Shown piece by piece: positions 38,584 to 50,714 of a stretch of 64,000 nt of DNA. The position numbers and the translations under genes are program-made. Position 1 is the stretch's first letter, and each line of letters starts with the position of its first letter. Where the stretch lies: NCBI GenBank assembly GCA_963676795.2, contig CAXXTB010000002.1, positions 224,001 through 288,000 on the forward strand, given 5' to 3'. Under the pieces are notes generated by a model. It ran no database searches. It was not told the DNA's origin and was given only the letters and a program-made list of their open reading frames with translations. This DNA comes from Geopsychrobacteraceae bacterium. GTDB taxonomy: Bacteria; Desulfobacterota; Desulfuromonadia; Desulfuromonadales; Geopsychrobacteraceae.

Positions 38584-40350
38584 ATGACAACTGTGAATCC
38601 AAACATACCAGTCAACCTGTTTGTCTCTCATCTGGCTGATGCCGGGCATCGTCCCGAAGATCGTCAGTTGGGGTTGCGTATCGATCAGGTTGTGCAGGCG
38701 ACAGTCGTTGATGGTGGTCTCGATAAGCTGCTCGAGTTCAATCAGCAGTATTTCAAGCTGGACACCGATGTCGATTTGAAGGTCGGACAGAATCTGTTGT
38801 TGCAGGTTCTGCAGACGGACCCGCACCTGGAATTCAAGGTCCTGCCGCGTGGACTTGACGAACGGCTGGCTCAGTTGCTGCCACTCCTGACCAGGGCTTA
38901 TGACTGGCAGGGGGCGGTCGAGAAAGGTTCCGGTCTGGAAAATTTGCCGCAGCTTCGCCAGCAGCTTGTGCAACTGTTGAATTTTGCCGGGACCATGCCA
39001 CCCGCCCTGAGACAGGACATCTCCCAGCTGGGTGCAGGGCTTTCCGCTCTGCTGCCGCGCACCCAGCCGATCAACGTCTTTTCAGCGCAGCCGCCACAAT
39101 TCGCCCAATCCACCCAAACTACCAGTTTTTCTTCCTGGCCACCGGGAACTCAGCTGCCGGAAAGCATTACCGCTTTTAAGGGATTTATCGAGAATCTTGC
39201 CGTCCAGGTGGCCAGCTTGCCCCGGGACGCCTCGTTATCTGTGCCCCGACAGTGGTATGCGGAAACCCGCAGGCTTATGGAACAGGCGCTTGAGTTGCCA
39301 AGGCCTGCTTCGGCATTGTTGCCTCAAATGACGGTGTTGCTGACCCGAATTCAGAATCATCCTGCTGTATCGCCATTGTTATCTCAGGATATAGACCGCC
39401 TGATCCAGGCTCTGGATCCCAGATCTCAACAGCCGATCGAACGTCGCTCCGGCGATCCGCAAACAGTTATAACCTCCGGTCGGGACACGAGTGCTCCTGT
39501 GACAGGAACTCCGCCAGCTGGTTCTATGGCCGATACCCTGCCTGCAGGTCCGAGGGCGGCGCTGTCCCAGGTCGATCAGCAGATACGCGACCTGGTGGCG
39601 AAGCTCGAGCCCCTGCTCGCGCAGAAACAGGGGCTGTCGCCTGAGCTGCTCGGGCGGCTTGAGGGGATGCTGGAACGCTTTAATCAGCTTGGTGAGCAGA
39701 AGGGGCTCCCTCTGAAAGAACTGGAGGTTGTCGCCAACCTGACGCATCTGGTGCAGTTGGCTCACCAGACTGCCCTCCCCCCGGATGGGAAACCTTTGGG
39801 AGTCCTTGCCCAGCTGTTTGGCTTTCATCTCGAACGGCAGCTGCTGGAGAATAAGTTGAAGGATGCTCTGGCGACTCTTAAGGCCGCTTTGCTTAAAGGC
39901 GGGGGGGAAGAGTCTGGCGATAGCGATGAGCCGCTCAGGCGGATTGAGCTTTTTCAATTGTGCAAATCGCGCCTGGCCGAAGAAAATGTGCTGTTTTTGC
40001 CACTGCCTTTTGCTGAGCTGGAAGAGGGTTATCTGCTCGCCGAACGTGGCAGAGGCGCTGCGGAGGAGGGGGGAGCTCCACTGATGATGTCGATTTCGCT
40101 GCGTCTTTCGGCCTTGGGCAATATGCGGATCGATATGCTCTATGGGCAGGGGGGGCTGCAGCTGCGGCTGGCCTGTGAGAATCGAGACAAGATGGCCTAT
40201 GTGCAGGGTGCCGAACCCGAACTGCGTGAAGGGCTGCAGTCGGTTCCTCTGCAGGGGGTCAGTTTTGCTATGGATGCCCGCCTGCCGGCCCGGCAACTCA
40301 GTGAACGGCTCAATCCCGGTTCCCGTAACCTGCTCGATGAGAGGATCTGA
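38584..40350 (+). CDS. FliK-like (hook-length control C-terminal domain) protein
   Basis: Long Pro/Gln/Leu-rich body; C-terminal L.LSALG.MRID; coupled to FlhB-C gene. Confidence 0.6.
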   Translation: MTTVNPNIPVNLFVSHLADAGHRPEDRQLGLRIDQVVQATVVDGGLDKLLEFNQQYFKLDTDVDLKVGQNLLLQVLQTDPHLEFKVLPRGLDERLAQLLPLLTRAYDWQGAVEKGSGLENLPQLRQQLVQLLNFAGTMPPALRQDISQLGAGLSALLPRTQPINVFSAQPPQFAQSTQTTSFSSWPPGTQLPESITAFKGFIENLAVQVASLPRDASLSVPRQWYAETRRLMEQALELPRPASALLPQMTVLLTRIQNHPAVSPLLSQDIDRLIQALDPRSQQPIERRSGDPQTVITSGRDTSAPVTGTPPAGSMADTLPAGPRAALSQVDQQIRDLVAKLEPLLAQKQGLSPELLGRLEGMLERFNQLGEQKGLPLKELEVVANLTHLVQLAHQTALPPDGKPLGVLAQLFGFHLERQLLENKLKDALATLKAALLKGGGEESGDSDEPLRRIELFQLCKSRLAEENVLFLPLPFAELEEGYLLAERGRGAAEEGGAPLMMSISLRLSALGNMRIDMLYGQGGLQLRLACENRDKMAYVQGAEPELREGLQSVPLQGVSFAMDARLPARQLSERLNPGSRNLLDERI

Positions 40351-40673
40351 TGCTCGATAAGAAAAAAGTCCAGCCGCAGGCTGTCGCTCTGCGTTATGAC
40401 AAGAGTAGCGCATCGATCCCAAAGGTTGTTGCCGCCGGCCGCGGCGAACTCGCCGAGCAGATCATCGCGGCAGCCCGGGAGGCGGGAATCGATATTGTCG
40501 AGGATCCGGATCTGATGGAGGTCTTGGCCCGGATTCCGCTGAATGATGAAATCCCTGAGGAATTGTTTCAGGCTATCGCTGAGATTCTGGCTTTTGTTTA
40601 CCGGATCAACGGCCGTTACGCTTCGAGTCAGATGGACGTGGATGCGGCTGATCTGATGCCGGCAACCGACTGA
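40350..40673 (+). CDS. FlhB C-terminal-domain (EscU/YscU/HrcU family) protein
   Basis: AVALRY, PKVVAAGRG.LA..I, EIPEELF.AIAEILA. Confidence 0.9.
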   Translation: MLDKKKVQPQAVALRYDKSSASIPKVVAAGRGELAEQIIAAAREAGIDIVEDPDLMEVLARIPLNDEIPEELFQAIAEILAFVYRINGRYASSQMDVDAADLMPATD

Positions 40674-40759
40674 CAGGTGGCTGACAATTTTAGGGTTCGG
40701 TTTTGATAGAAAAAAGTCTTTACAGCCCGGGGGCGATTGGGGTAATGTCTGCACCCTGC

Positions 40760-40847
<88 letters not shown>

Positions 40848-40858
40848 GATTATATTTC

Positions 40859-40976
40859 GGCAGATGAAAACGACGCGTCTGCTTCGTTCCCTTCGCCTTT
40901 CGGCAACGCCGTACCTGATGTACGTCTTATGCCGAAACGCTTCAGGCGCCTCGCATCCACACCGTTTTGATCTGCC
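40859..40976. repeat. Palindromic MITE/REP-like element
   Basis: 14-bp terminal IR GGCAGATGAAAACG / CGTTTTGATCTGCC (1 mismatch); nested TTTCGGCA/TGCCGAAA and GTAC/GTAC. Confidence 0.6.
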
Positions 40977-41029
40977 CAGATACTGTCGAGTAAAATTGTA
41001 AGTCTGTATTGTATATGCAGAAACTCTAT

Positions 41030-41150
41030 AGGCGAATCAATAACCGTCAGATGCAAGGCCTTGAGCGGAAAACAAGCTAAGTCGCACCGAAAGGTGCGTC
41101 GTGATTGTTTTTTGCGAGATAACCAAGCAGGTGACGTTTTTCATTCGTCC
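41030..41150. repeat. Second degenerate palindromic element, apparently same family, opposite orientation
   Basis: CAGATGCAAGGC...AAGCAGGTGAC resembles the reverse complement of GTCTGCTTCGTT...GCCTCGCATC; internal CGCACC-GAAA-GGTGCG hairpin. Confidence 0.45.
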
Positions 41151-41159
41151 TGATATTAT
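41131..41159 (+). promoter_or_regulatory. Sigma70 promoter of SRP RNA
   Basis: GTGACG-N17-TATTAT with TGn extension. Confidence 0.6.
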
Positions 41160-41165
41160 ATCCCG

Positions 41166-41303
41166 GTCCGTGTTGCCGGTAGAAGTGACAGCCGGGTCCC
41201 GCGCAACGAGCGGCCGTGAACCCCGTCAGGCCCGGAAGGGAGCAGCGGTAACGGTACTGCTTGTGTGCCGCGGGGGTGCCTGGCTGTCACTTGTACCGGC
41301 AAT
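41166..41303 (+). ncRNA. ffs: Signal recognition particle RNA (4.5S type)
   Basis: GTCAGGCCCGGAAGGGAGCAGC domain IV; long closing helix TTGCCGGT.../...ACCGGCAA; immediately upstream of dnaX. Confidence 0.95.
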
Positions 41304-41359
41304 TTGTTTTTTGTCCGACCTTATCCCCATGATCGATGCAGATTGCTGCGGAGGGTTTC

Positions 41360-43060
41360 ATGTCCTATCTGGTTCTGGCACGTAAATGGCGTCCTCAGCA
41401 TTTTGACGATCTGGTCGGCCAGGAGCATGTCAGTCAGACGCTCAAGAATTCGATCACCTCTGATCGTGTTCATCATGCTTTTCTCTTTACCGGTGCCCGT
41501 GGTGTCGGCAAAACTTCTGCTGCGCGGATTTTTGCCAAGGCACTGAACTGCCAGCAGGGGCCGACGGTCGATCCCTGTGGTGTCTGTCCGTCCTGTATCG
41601 ATATCACCAACAGTCAGGGGATCGATGTCCTTGAGATCGACGGCGCGTCCAACACCGGTGTCGATGATATTCGCGAACTGCGCGAGAATATCCGTTATCT
41701 GCCCTCGCAGTCGAACTACAAGATCTTCATCATCGATGAAGTTCATATGCTGTCGATCAACGCCTTCAATGCGCTGTTGAAGACTCTCGAAGAGCCACCG
41801 CCTCACGCCAAGTTTATCTTTGCCACAACCGAGCCGCACAAGATTCCGATCACCATCCTGTCACGTTGTCAGCGCTTCGATTTTAAAAAGATCGCTATAG
41901 AGCGGGTGCAGGAAAGGCTGCGTTTTATCGTCGATCAGGAAGGGGTCGAGATTTCCGATCTTGGTCTTGGTGTGGTTGCCCGCAACGGCGGCGGCAGTAT
42001 GCGCGATGCCCTTTCGACGCTTGATCAGGTGATCGCTTTCTGTGGCAATAAGGTCGGCGATGCCGAGATTCAGGCGCTGCTCGGATTGGTCAACCGCAGA
42101 TTGCTGCTCGACGCCGTAGAGGCGATTCTCGAGCGTGATGCGCGTCAGGCTCTGGCGTTGATCCAGAAAGTCGATGATCATGGCCATTCGTTTCGCCAGT
42201 TCTGCCAGCAGCTGGTCGAGCTGATTCGTGCTCTGGTGATTATCAAGCTGGTCGATCAGCCCGCCGATCTGGTTGATATGAGCGAGGCGGAACTGCAGGA
42301 GCTGGCCCCTCTGGCCGTGGCGGCCGAACTTGAGGATCTGCAGCGGATCCTGACGATTCTGATCAAGGCTGAAGCTGATCTGGCCCTGTCGAATTATCCG
42401 CGTCTGACCCTGGAGATGGTTCTGGTTCGTCTGGCAACCCTGCCACCGGGAACCAGTGTCGCGACCCTGATTAAACGCCTCGAATCCATTGAAAAACAGT
42501 TTTCGTCAGGCGGTTTTCCCGCTGCTGTGGTGCCAAAGGTTCCCGAGAGGACGCCACCGCCTGTCGAGCCCCCTCCGCCTGAGGAGTTTTCCGGAAAAAA
42601 GCCTGAAGCTCTGTCAGCGCCGGAACGTGGTGAGAAAAGCTGGGCAGGGCTGGTCGATTTTGTTAAATCTCGCCGTAAGCCGTTGATGTCGTCCCTGCTT
42701 GAGCAGTCGAGCCCTCTGAAAATCGATTTGCCGCGCTTGCGGATCGGTGTGCCGGACCGTTACTATAATCTGGCCGATGCTGAAATGCGCCAGGCGCTTG
42801 AAGCTTTTGCTCTGGAATACTATGGTAGTGAAGTACGTGTCGAGGTCGAGAAGGTCGAAGGGGGTGAAGGGACGCCTCTTTCGTTACACGAAACCAAGGT
42901 CCGCAGAGAGACGGATCGCCAGAAGAAAATTCGTGACAGTGCCACGGAGCATCCAATGATTCGCTCGGCGCTGGAAATCTTTGGTGGGGCCATTGATCAT
43001 ATTAAATCGTTGGATAGCGGTTTTGCTGCTAAAACATCTGATAATCAAGGAGATGGATGA
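41360..43060 (+). CDS. dnaX: DNA polymerase III subunit gamma/tau
   Basis: LARKWRP, GARGVGKT, IDEVHML, LKTLEEPP, SRCQRF. Confidence 0.97.
   Translation: MSYLVLARKWRPQHFDDLVGQEHVSQTLKNSITSDRVHHAFLFTGARGVGKTSAARIFAKALNCQQGPTVDPCGVCPSCIDITNSQGIDVLEIDGASNTGVDDIRELRENIRYLPSQSNYKIFIIDEVHMLSINAFNALLKTLEEPPPHAKFIFATTEPHKIPITILSRCQRFDFKKIAIERVQERLRFIVDQEGVEISDLGLGVVARNGGGSMRDALSTLDQVIAFCGNKVGDAEIQALLGLVNRRLLLDAVEAILERDARQALALIQKVDDHGHSFRQFCQQLVELIRALVIIKLVDQPADLVDMSEAELQELAPLAVAAELEDLQRILTILIKAEADLALSNYPRLTLEMVLVRLATLPPGTSVATLIKRLESIEKQFSSGGFPAAVVPKVPERTPPPVEPPPPEEFSGKKPEALSAPERGEKSWAGLVDFVKSRRKPLMSSLLEQSSPLKIDLPRLRIGVPDRYYNLADAEMRQALEAFALEYYGSEVRVEVEKVEGGEGTPLSLHETKVRRETDRQKKIRDSATEHPMIRSALEIFGGAIDHIKSLDSGFAAKTSDNQGDG
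42581..42651 (+). other. Putative -1 programmed frameshift cassette in dnaX
   Basis: GAGGAG, in-frame A_AAA_AAG at 42595-42601, -1 stop TGA at 42604-42606, downstream stem. Confidence 0.7.
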
Positions 43061-43374
43061 TGAGTAAGGGACTTGGGAATATCATGAAACAGGCTCAGCA
43101 GATGCAGGCGCGTATCGCCAGAATCCAGCAGGAGCTTGAAACCAAAGAGGTTGAGGCGGCGGCTGGCGGCGGGATGGTTGTTGCCCGTGTCAACGGCAAG
43201 CAGGAACTGCTTGAGCTGAAGATCGAGAAAGAGGTTGTTGATCCCGAGGATGTCGACATGTTGCAGGATCTGGTGCTGGCTGCCGTCAATGAGGCTCTGC
43301 AGAAGAGTCAGAAGATGGTTCAGGAAGAGATGGGCAAGGTTACTGGCGGGATGAATATCCCGGGATTGTTCTGA
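43057..43374 (+). CDS. ybaB: YbaB/EbfC nucleoid-associated protein
   Basis: MKQAQQMQ, AGGGMV, LQDLVLAAVNEA, IPGLF. Confidence 0.95.
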   Translation: MMSKGLGNIMKQAQQMQARIARIQQELETKEVEAAAGGGMVVARVNGKQELLELKIEKEVVDPEDVDMLQDLVLAAVNEALQKSQKMVQEEMGKVTGGMNIPGLF

Positions 43375-43409
43375 AGTAGTTATCGGTAAAATGTTATTTT
43401 ATTTTTTTG

Positions 43410-43448
43410 TATCCCCGCAGGTTTTTGCCTGCGGGGATATTTGTTTTT
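43410..43448 (+). terminator. Intrinsic terminator after ybaB
   Basis: TATCCCCGCAGG / CCTGCGGGGATA followed by T-rich tail. Confidence 0.75.
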
Positions 43449-43629
43449 GGCTAAAAACAGCGTTTCTCGAGGAATTCTGTTGACAAAAAAACGTGGGTCT
43501 GGTTTTGTTGCAACTTCAATTTATAAACTGCTGTTTTGAAATTGAACGTAGCGGCAAAATGCGGAGCTACTAACGCTTCTGAAAAATACCGGACAGGGAT
43601 GTTTCCGGTGTCACTTGAGGAGGATAGAA

Positions 43630-44229
43630 ATGTTAGGTTCACTTCCGTCTTTTGCAAGGCTGCAGGCCGAATTATCCAAGCTTCCCGGGATCGGGGGAAA
43701 GACAGCGACCCGCTTGGCCTTCTACCTGTTGCGCAGTTCAGAACAGGATGTTGCCAATTTGGCAACAGCGTTATTGGAGATGAAAAAGAACGTCTCCTTC
43801 TGCCGGCGCTGTTTTCATATTGCTGAAGGAGAGCTCTGCCAGATTTGCTCTGCCCGGGGGCGTGACGAAAAGCGGATATGTGTGGTCGAAGAGCCCCAGG
43901 ATCTGATGGCGATCGAGAGAAGCCGCTCCTATAACGGTTTCTACCATGTTCTGCACGGTGTTCTTTCGCCCCTGGACGGTATCGGGCCGGATGACCTGAA
44001 AATCGAGCCGCTGCTGATACGTCTGGAGCAGGAGGGGATCGAAGAGGTGATCCTGGCGACCAACTTTACTGTTGAAGGGGAGGCGACGGCTCATTATCTC
44101 GCCGACCTGTGTCGCGCGAAGGGGGTGCGGGTCACGCGACTCGCTCACGGCATTCCGTCCGGGAGTGATCTTGAGTACATCGATGCCGGAACAGTTCAGC
44201 ATGCGGTGGACGGGCGGCGTGATTATTGA
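43630..44229 (+). CDS. recR: Recombination mediator RecR
   Basis: LPGIG.KTA.RLA, C4 zinc finger, YHVLHG, EGEATA. Confidence 0.97.
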   Translation: MLGSLPSFARLQAELSKLPGIGGKTATRLAFYLLRSSEQDVANLATALLEMKKNVSFCRRCFHIAEGELCQICSARGRDEKRICVVEEPQDLMAIERSRSYNGFYHVLHGVLSPLDGIGPDDLKIEPLLIRLEQEGIEEVILATNFTVEGEATAHYLADLCRAKGVRVTRLAHGIPSGSDLEYIDAGTVQHAVDGRRDY

Positions 44230-44392
44230 TGGAAATGCGCTATGATATTGAAGTAGCGATGAAAAAAAACAAACTTTAGTAAAACGCTGTGTGAATAAAA
44301 TTAGTATCGCTAAATCTAGGCTGGTGTTAAGGTTGCGAGGTCTCAAGAGCTTCGAAACCAGGCAATAATGAAACGTATTGAAGGAGGATTAA

Positions 44393-47948
<3,556 letters not shown>

Positions 47949-47974
<26 letters not shown>

Positions 47975-48004
47975 GCAGTACGGTGAAGGTCAGGCTGAAT
48001 AAGC
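47949..48004 (+). repeat. Perfect 28-bp tandem duplication of the nifJ 3' end
   Basis: AGTACGGTGAAGGTCAGGCTGAATAAGC at 47949-47976 and 47977-48004. Confidence 0.95.
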
Positions 48005-48037
48005 TGACTTTTGTCTAACTCCATATGATGTTATTCG

Positions 48038-48068
48038 ACTCCCGGCAGTTTCTGCCGGGAGTTTTTTT
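48038..48068 (+). terminator. Intrinsic terminator after nifJ
   Basis: ACTCCCGGCAG / CTGCCGGGAGT followed by T run. Confidence 0.9.
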
Positions 48069-48141
48069 ATTGCTAAAAGGATGAGTGCTGTGACAGGTAT
48101 ATAGCCTTTCCAAGCTAACCGTATTGCGCTGGATGTCAGTT

Positions 48142-49047
48142 ATGTTTGAGCTCTTGACAGTTTTTATCAATGTAATCCTGCCCGTCTTTGGCATTGTCGT
48201 TGTCGGTGTTGTTGCCGGGAAAAAGCTCGACCTGCAGGCTCAGACCCTGACCCGTGCGGCATATTATGTATTCGTCCCGGCTTTTATTTTTCAGGCGATC
48301 AGTACGGCTCATCTGCCCTTGTCAAGTACCCTGAGAATCGTTGTTTTTGCTCTTCTCACCCACCTTGCCGGTGCTTTTGCTGCCGGACTGCTCGGGCGCC
48401 TGCTGGGTCGTTCGCGGGAGATGATTGCAGCCTTTATCATGATTGCCGTGTTTGGCAATATCGGCAATTACGGGCTGGCCATTCTGCGTTTTTACCGTGG
48501 CGATGTCGTTATTGTTCCGGCTACGCTCTACTTCGTCGTCATCACGATCGTCGCTTTCATCGTCTGTGTCGGGGCGGCGGGCTGGGCCCGTGGCGGGAGC
48601 AAAAGGGCCGTACTGCAGGTGTTCAGAACTCCGGCGCTCTGGGCCGTGGTTCCGGCGCTGCTGGTTTCCGGCAGCGGCGTTGAACTGCCACTGCTGTTTC
48701 AGCGTTTTATCGGCCTGCTTTCAGAAGCCATGATTCCGGTCATGCTCTTTTCCCTGGGGCTGCAACTGCGCGAGCAGGGTAGGGTCCATCTGAACCTTGA
48801 TGTCGTTATTGGTTCCGGGATCAGGCTGGCCATGGTTCCTCTGCTGGCATTTGCTATCGCCCATTTTATTCCGCTCACGCCGATTGAACGGGTTGCGGGA
48901 ATTCTCCAGGCAGGCATGCCGACGGCGATTCTGGTTGCCATCATTGCCAGGGAAAACAATATCGTGGCGCATTATGTAACCTCGGTCGTGATTGTTTCGA
49001 CGCTGCTCAGCCTGGTTTCGCTAAGCTGCCTGATGGTCTTTCTGTGA
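48142..49047 (+). CDS. AEC (auxin efflux carrier) family transporter
   Basis: About 10 hydrophobic segments; YVFVPA, FGNIGNYG, PVMLFSLG, QAGMPTA. Confidence 0.85.
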   Translation: MFELLTVFINVILPVFGIVVVGVVAGKKLDLQAQTLTRAAYYVFVPAFIFQAISTAHLPLSSTLRIVVFALLTHLAGAFAAGLLGRLLGRSREMIAAFIMIAVFGNIGNYGLAILRFYRGDVVIVPATLYFVVITIVAFIVCVGAAGWARGGSKRAVLQVFRTPALWAVVPALLVSGSGVELPLLFQRFIGLLSEAMIPVMLFSLGLQLREQGRVHLNLDVVIGSGIRLAMVPLLAFAIAHFIPLTPIERVAGILQAGMPTAILVAIIARENNIVAHYVTSVVIVSTLLSLVSLSCLMVFL

Positions 49048-49157
49048 ACCGGGTTTCAGGCTGTTCGGTCATATTAAATGCTGCGCGGGAGAAGCTCTCT
49101 TGACATGCTTAAAAGGCTATGATAACTACGTTCACTCAATGTGAAAGGGTAGAGATC

Positions 49158-49241
49158 ATGACTTATCTGACTTCCAAAGCGGCACGAGCGGCACAGGCGG
49201 CAACATCAAGCCTGAAGCCTGTCCATCACCCTGTCGGGTGA
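49158..49241 (+). CDS. Putative Ala-rich attenuator leader peptide MTYLTSKAARAAQAATSSLKPVHHPVG
   Basis: AAGGG RBS; GCG GCA three times; followed by terminator; too short for the ORF track. Confidence 0.75.
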   Translation: MTYLTSKAARAAQAATSSLKPVHHPVG

Positions 49242-49267
49242 CGCTCTGGAAGTGCAGTTACACTTTG

Positions 49268-49301
49268 AGGCCATGGACAGAAGTCCATGGCCTTTTATTT
49301 T
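49268..49301 (+). terminator. Attenuator terminator upstream of the aminotransferase
   Basis: AGGCCATGGAC-agaa-GTCCATGGCCT followed by TTTATTTT, ending 24 nt before ATG 49326. Confidence 0.85.
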
Positions 49302-49325
49302 ATGATCGACTAAGGAGATCACTCG

Positions 49326-50630
49326 ATGCGCAATAATATTGTTCATATCGGTGCCGGCGAGCTCACTTACGAAATTCGCGCCATTGTCGCTATCGCTGAG
49401 GAATTGAACCGTCTGGGTATCAAGACCAACATGGAAAATATCGGTGACCCGGTTGCCAAGGGGGAGCAGATTCCGTTGTGGATCAAGGAAATCGTCGCCG
49501 ATCTGGCGATGCAGGACTGCTCCTATGGCTATTGTGCGACCAAAGGGCTGCTCGCGACCCGTCAATTCCTGGCCGAACAGACCAATAAGCGCGGCCATGC
49601 CCAGATCACCCCGGAGGATATTATCTTTTTCAACGGCCTGGGGGACGCCATCCAGAAGGTCTACGGCTTTTTAAGACGGGAAGCCCGGGTTATCGGGCCG
49701 TCTCCGGCCTATTCGACCCACTCGTCGGCTGAAGGTGCCCACGCCGGCCAGAAGCCGGTGACCTATCGTCTCGATCCTGATAACCACTGGTATCCGGACC
49801 TGGAAGATCTTCGCCAGTCAGTCAAATATAACCCGGCGATCTCGGCAGTGCTGATCATTAATCCGGACAATCCGACCGGTGCCGTCTATCCGGAAGCAAT
49901 CCTCAAAGAGATCATCGATATCTGCAAGGAATACGATCTGTTCCTGATCTGTGACGAGATCTATCATAACCTCTGTTTTAATGGTTATGAAACACGACCG
50001 ATTTCGGATCTGATCGGTGATCTGCCGGCCATTGCCATGAAGGGGATCAGCAAGGAGATTCCCTGGCCAGGCGCCCGCTGTGGGTGGATCGAGGTCTATA
50101 ATTCCGACAAGGATGAGACCTTCAGGCGTTATGTCGAAAGTATTCTGAATGCCAAGATGGTCGAGGTCTGTTCGACGACCCTGCCGCAGAAGGCTATTCC
50201 GCTGATTCTGAGTCATCCTCAGTATCCGTTGTATCTCGCTGAGCGGCGTAATCGCTACGAGCATTATTCGAATATCGCTTACGACATACTCAAGGATGTT
50301 GACGGGCTCAAGGTCAACCGGACCAATGGGGCGTTTTACATGAGTGTCGCCTTTGAGCAGGGACGGCTGACCCGCGAGCAGACTTTACCGATTGAGATTG
50401 ACGAGGTCCGTCAGCTGGTCGAGCGCCTTGTGGCTCCGGTTGGAGCAACGACCGACAAGCGTTTTGTTTATTACCTGCTGGCTTCTACCGGGATCTGTGT
50501 TGTCCCGCTCTCCTCTTTCTGTACCGAGGAACGTGGTTTCCGGATCACCTTGCTGGAAAGGGACGAACAGGAATTCACAAAAATCTTCAGGACGATCGCC
50601 GACGCCATCACCGCATATCTCAATTCATGA
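49326..50630 (+). CDS. Class I/II PLP aminotransferase, AlaA (alanine transaminase)-like
   Basis: YEIR, NIGDP, GYCATKGL, INPDNPTG, DEIY, GISK..PGARCGW, GAFY. Confidence 0.8.
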   Translation: MRNNIVHIGAGELTYEIRAIVAIAEELNRLGIKTNMENIGDPVAKGEQIPLWIKEIVADLAMQDCSYGYCATKGLLATRQFLAEQTNKRGHAQITPEDIIFFNGLGDAIQKVYGFLRREARVIGPSPAYSTHSSAEGAHAGQKPVTYRLDPDNHWYPDLEDLRQSVKYNPAISAVLIINPDNPTGAVYPEAILKEIIDICKEYDLFLICDEIYHNLCFNGYETRPISDLIGDLPAIAMKGISKEIPWPGARCGWIEVYNSDKDETFRRYVESILNAKMVEVCSTTLPQKAIPLILSHPQYPLYLAERRNRYEHYSNIAYDILKDVDGLKVNRTNGAFYMSVAFEQGRLTREQTLPIEIDEVRQLVERLVAPVGATTDKRFVYYLLASTGICVVPLSSFCTEERGFRITLLERDEQEFTKIFRTIADAITAYLNS

Positions 50631-50714
50631 TACAATCCGCAGGTGCAGGCGGTTGAAACCGGTTCCGTCTGCATCTGCGACCTCAATTTATCAATAACGG
50701 GAAAGGGCACATGT

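Noticed and set aside
49140..49310. T-box or metabolite riboswitch explanation for the aminotransferase leader
   Set aside because: No T-box consensus or recognisable aptamer; the uORF with alternative hairpins explains the structure
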